Assembly: GCF_964213995.1 (NCBI RefSeq)
Contig: NC_135803.1
Location: 105,524,001 to 105,588,000 of the forward strand
From: Mustelus asterias
Taxonomy: Eukaryota
Direction: 5' to 3'
Length of the DNA: 64,000 bases
Both the position numbers and the translations under genes were made by a program. Below are positions 61,401-64,000 of the stretch, piece by piece. The notes under the pieces were generated by a model, which worked only from the letters and a program-made list of their open reading frames with translations, had not been told where the DNA came from and did no database searches. Positions within the stretch are counted from its first letter, which is position 1. Every line of letters begins with the position of its first letter.

Positions 61401-62486
61401 TATACCAACTTGGAAACTGTTGGGTATCACAATGAAGTAAAACAGGGTTTTCTGATAACAAGACTAACCATCTTGTGTTAAATTCAAAACTGAGACCAAA
61501 TCATGATGAAATGCATTGGCATTGCTTTGTGGTAGTAAAACTGCACCACACTTGTTTTCAATTCATTCAATGCCCCTTTAATTTTCATAGATATTACTAA
61601 CTAAGGTTTTACCTTACTACAAAAGAACCCTTTACAAGAGTCTGTCCGAGACAATAAATGTTTTTGAATGCATTATTCCCATCTCACTTAACTTCAAAAT
61701 CTGAAGAAATTGATAACAATGCCTGTAAATATCCACATACTCACACAAAACCCAGGTAAACTATTACTGTATTTATAAGATCACCATACAAGCTCAAAAC
61801 AAGCGTATCTAGGTGTCAAATAAAGAAAGTAGATGATCAAGATACATTAGTAAGGGCACATAAGATAATTCAGTTGCTTTATTTCCTTTACAATTGCAAA
61901 CATTTAGTTTGAGAATTCAAAGCTTAAATAATTATTATAATGAGTTGTGGAAGCTCCACTTGTACTTTTTCCATATGTTAATTTTACATCTACAGAGAAG
62001 TTTAAAAAAAAATTCTTGTTGGGGTAGAGGTGACATGGGAAAGGCCCATTCTTAGTTCCAGTACAGTAAGAGGCAATCATAAAATGTGGGAATGGAAATA
62101 CATATAACTCAGAGCAAGGATGTCTGATTCCATGTCTTAAGGACAATGATGATCACATGGGTTTTTAATTCAGCATTTTTCATGGTTAGTCTTCCAAGGC
62201 TAATTCATAAATTATTAGGTCCATTAACTCTAACTTTACAACTTGACATGTTGCAATATTACCTAGTGTCATAACCATTCTGCTGTATTATTGTTCAATG
62301 CTATTAGCACTCAGCTCCCCGTTGTTGTTACTCAACAGAATCTGTCTAAAAACAATAGAAGCACTTTATGACTTGCAAGACTTATTTCTGAGAGTAGGGA
62401 TGATACCACAATTACAGAAGGTACAATCTGATCAACATATATACCTAGACACTTCCTCTTTTACAATCGGACAATCATTGTTATAC

Positions 62487-62616
62487 CTGAGTAGATGGTG
62501 CAGTATTTCTCCCCGCGCTTCAAAGTAACCTGTGGTCCAATCCAGCTTTTCAGTGGGTTTGGGAATTTGCTGATTTCTCTGTAGATCCCAGCAATCACTT
62601 CCGAATCAGTTACCAT
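62487..62616 (-). CDS. APEH: APEH most 5' coding exon in the window (equivalent to human exon 2)
   Basis: ttttattggag|ATG...TCAG|gtataa; MVTDSEVIAGIYREISKFPNPLKSWIGPQVTLKRGEKYCTIYS, similar to human VLLSEPEEAAALYRGLSRQPALSAACLGPEVTTQYGGQYRTVHT. Confidence 0.88.
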
Positions 62617-63140
62617 CTCCAATAAAAAAGCAAAACAGCTTATTTAGCAAGTCAGTCGGCATGTCTGCACTTAGTACTGACCATTACAGCAGCTACAATT
62701 TAAATCCTGCTTCAGGTCCTAATTCAGAATTGTCATGTTCCTACTTAGAAACAGTTTTTTTTATATCTGCGAAACTCAATATTTCAGATTTGAGGATTGT
62801 TTGTACAATATCAACTTGGCACACAGCAGCTAATGTGACTTCTGAAGGGGGAGATTTTGTTTTATTTTTATTTTATTTTTTTCAGGTGGTAATATACAAA
62901 ATGAACTGTGCCGTGTTTGGATCTCAGGAAAGACTTCAACAAAGTTGCTCATGAAAGGCTGCTGCATAATCTCAGAGCAATGGAAATTTAAGGTAACATC
63001 TAGAAATGGATAAGAAACCGTTGGAAAGGAAAGAAGCAACAGGTACTTGTTAAGGGAGTGATCAGAACAAAGAAAACACCGTGGATTATTTTAGTGTTCT
63101 GTGCTAGGACCTCTGTTATTTCTAATTTACATCAGTGACC

Positions 63141-63318
63141 CAAAGATGTGCAGGGTAGGTTGATTGGCCATGCTAAATTGCCCCTTAGTGTCAGGGAGAT
63201 TATCAAGGTAAATACGTGAGGTACGGGGATAGGGCCTCGGTGAATTGATGGTTGCTGTTGCAGGCTTGATGGGCCAAATGGCCTCTTTCTGCACTGTAGG
63301 GTTTCTATGATTCTATGA
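63141..63318 (+). mobile_element. HE1-type SINE 3' half
   Basis: CAAAGATGTGCAGG...TTTCTATGATTCTATGA. Confidence 0.8.
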
Positions 63319-63554
63319 CCCAAACTCAGAATGCAGTGATTAAATCTGCTGATGATAATAGCAAGAATTGTTGTGGATAGGATAACAAACTGGTTGTTGA
63401 GTTTGTGTCAGGGAAAAGAGAGTTGGGTTCTAGAATGGGCCTCCTCAACCTGTAAATGGACAGAATAGGTACAGATGAAATGTATTACAGGTTTAAACTA
63501 CTACATACTATAATAAAGGACAGGCGATACCGCTTAGTATGGCTATGTTTGTAC

Positions 63555-64000
63555 ACTTTGTAATATATATAAATGATTTGGAGGAAAATGTAACTGGTTT
63601 GATTAGTAAGTTTGCGGACGACACAAAGATTGTTGGATTTGCAGATAGCGATGAGGACCATCAGAGGATACAGCAGGATATAGATCGGTTGGAGGCTTGG
63701 GCAGAGAGCTGGCAGATGGAGTTTAATCCGAACAAATGTGAGGTAATGCACTTTGGAAGGTCTAATACAGAAAGGAAATATACAGTAAATGGCAGAATCC
63801 TTAAGAGTATTGATAGGCAGAAGGATCTGGGTGTACAGGTTACTGAAAGTGGCAATGCAGGAGGAGAAGGTAGTCAAGGTGGCATAGGGCATGTTTGCTT
63901 TCATTGGCCGGAGCATTGAGTTTAAAAATTGGAAGTCATGTTGCAGCTTTATAGAACCTTAGTTAGGCCGCATTTGGAATATAGTGTTCAATTCTGGTCG
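63555..64000 (+). mobile_element. CR1 LINE RT fragment running off the window end
   Basis: FVIYINDLEE...ISKFADDTK...WQMEFNP. Confidence 0.9.

Larger units (their letters stand above)
9776..62616 (-). other. APEH: APEH gene span (acylamino-acid-releasing enzyme / acylpeptide hydrolase); 21 coding exons, 730 aa; the short first exon may lie beyond the window
   Basis: The exons listed below splice in phase into one 2193-nt ORF with motifs HGGP, NYRGS, GGSHGG, catalytic Asp (EKDKRV) and His (CHSLS). Confidence 0.95.

Noticed and set aside
1-64000. Prokaryotic systems (CRISPR arrays, operons, defence islands)
   Set aside because: The sequence is spliced vertebrate genomic DNA; no regularly spaced repeats or operon-like ORF clusters.

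Overview
Eukaryotic (vertebrate) genomic DNA, almost certainly elasmobranch/shark, judged from many HE1-type tRNA-derived SINEs and CR1 LINEs. Two spliced host genes converge tail-to-tail. On the + strand are the last three coding exons of a divergent F-actin capping protein alpha (CAPZA-family) gene (103-174, 1192-1254, 8537-8716). On the - strand is an almost complete APEH (acylamino-acid-releasing enzyme, S9C peptidase) gene: 21 GT-AG exons from 62616 to 9776 that splice into one 730-aa frame with an intact Ser/Asp/His triad. Introns are filled with transposons: a young 5'-truncated CR1 with intact ORF2, many decayed CR1/L2 pieces, HE1-type SINEs, a solo LTR, a Tigger/pogo fossil, a hAT deletion derivative and Penelope-type palindromes carrying minimal hammerhead ribozymes. 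The most interesting cluster is 2.7-7.2 kb. The CR1 there has a U_UUA_AAC slippery site joining ORF1 to an AUG-less ORF2 in the -1 frame (candidate programmed frameshift), a catalytically dead ORF1 esterase and a structured RNA module in its 3' UTR. It appears to sit inside a small U2-snRNA-headed retroelement. Exon coordinates were read by eye; TE boundaries are approximate unless a TSD is stated. Reference-protein comparisons are from memory, not database searches.
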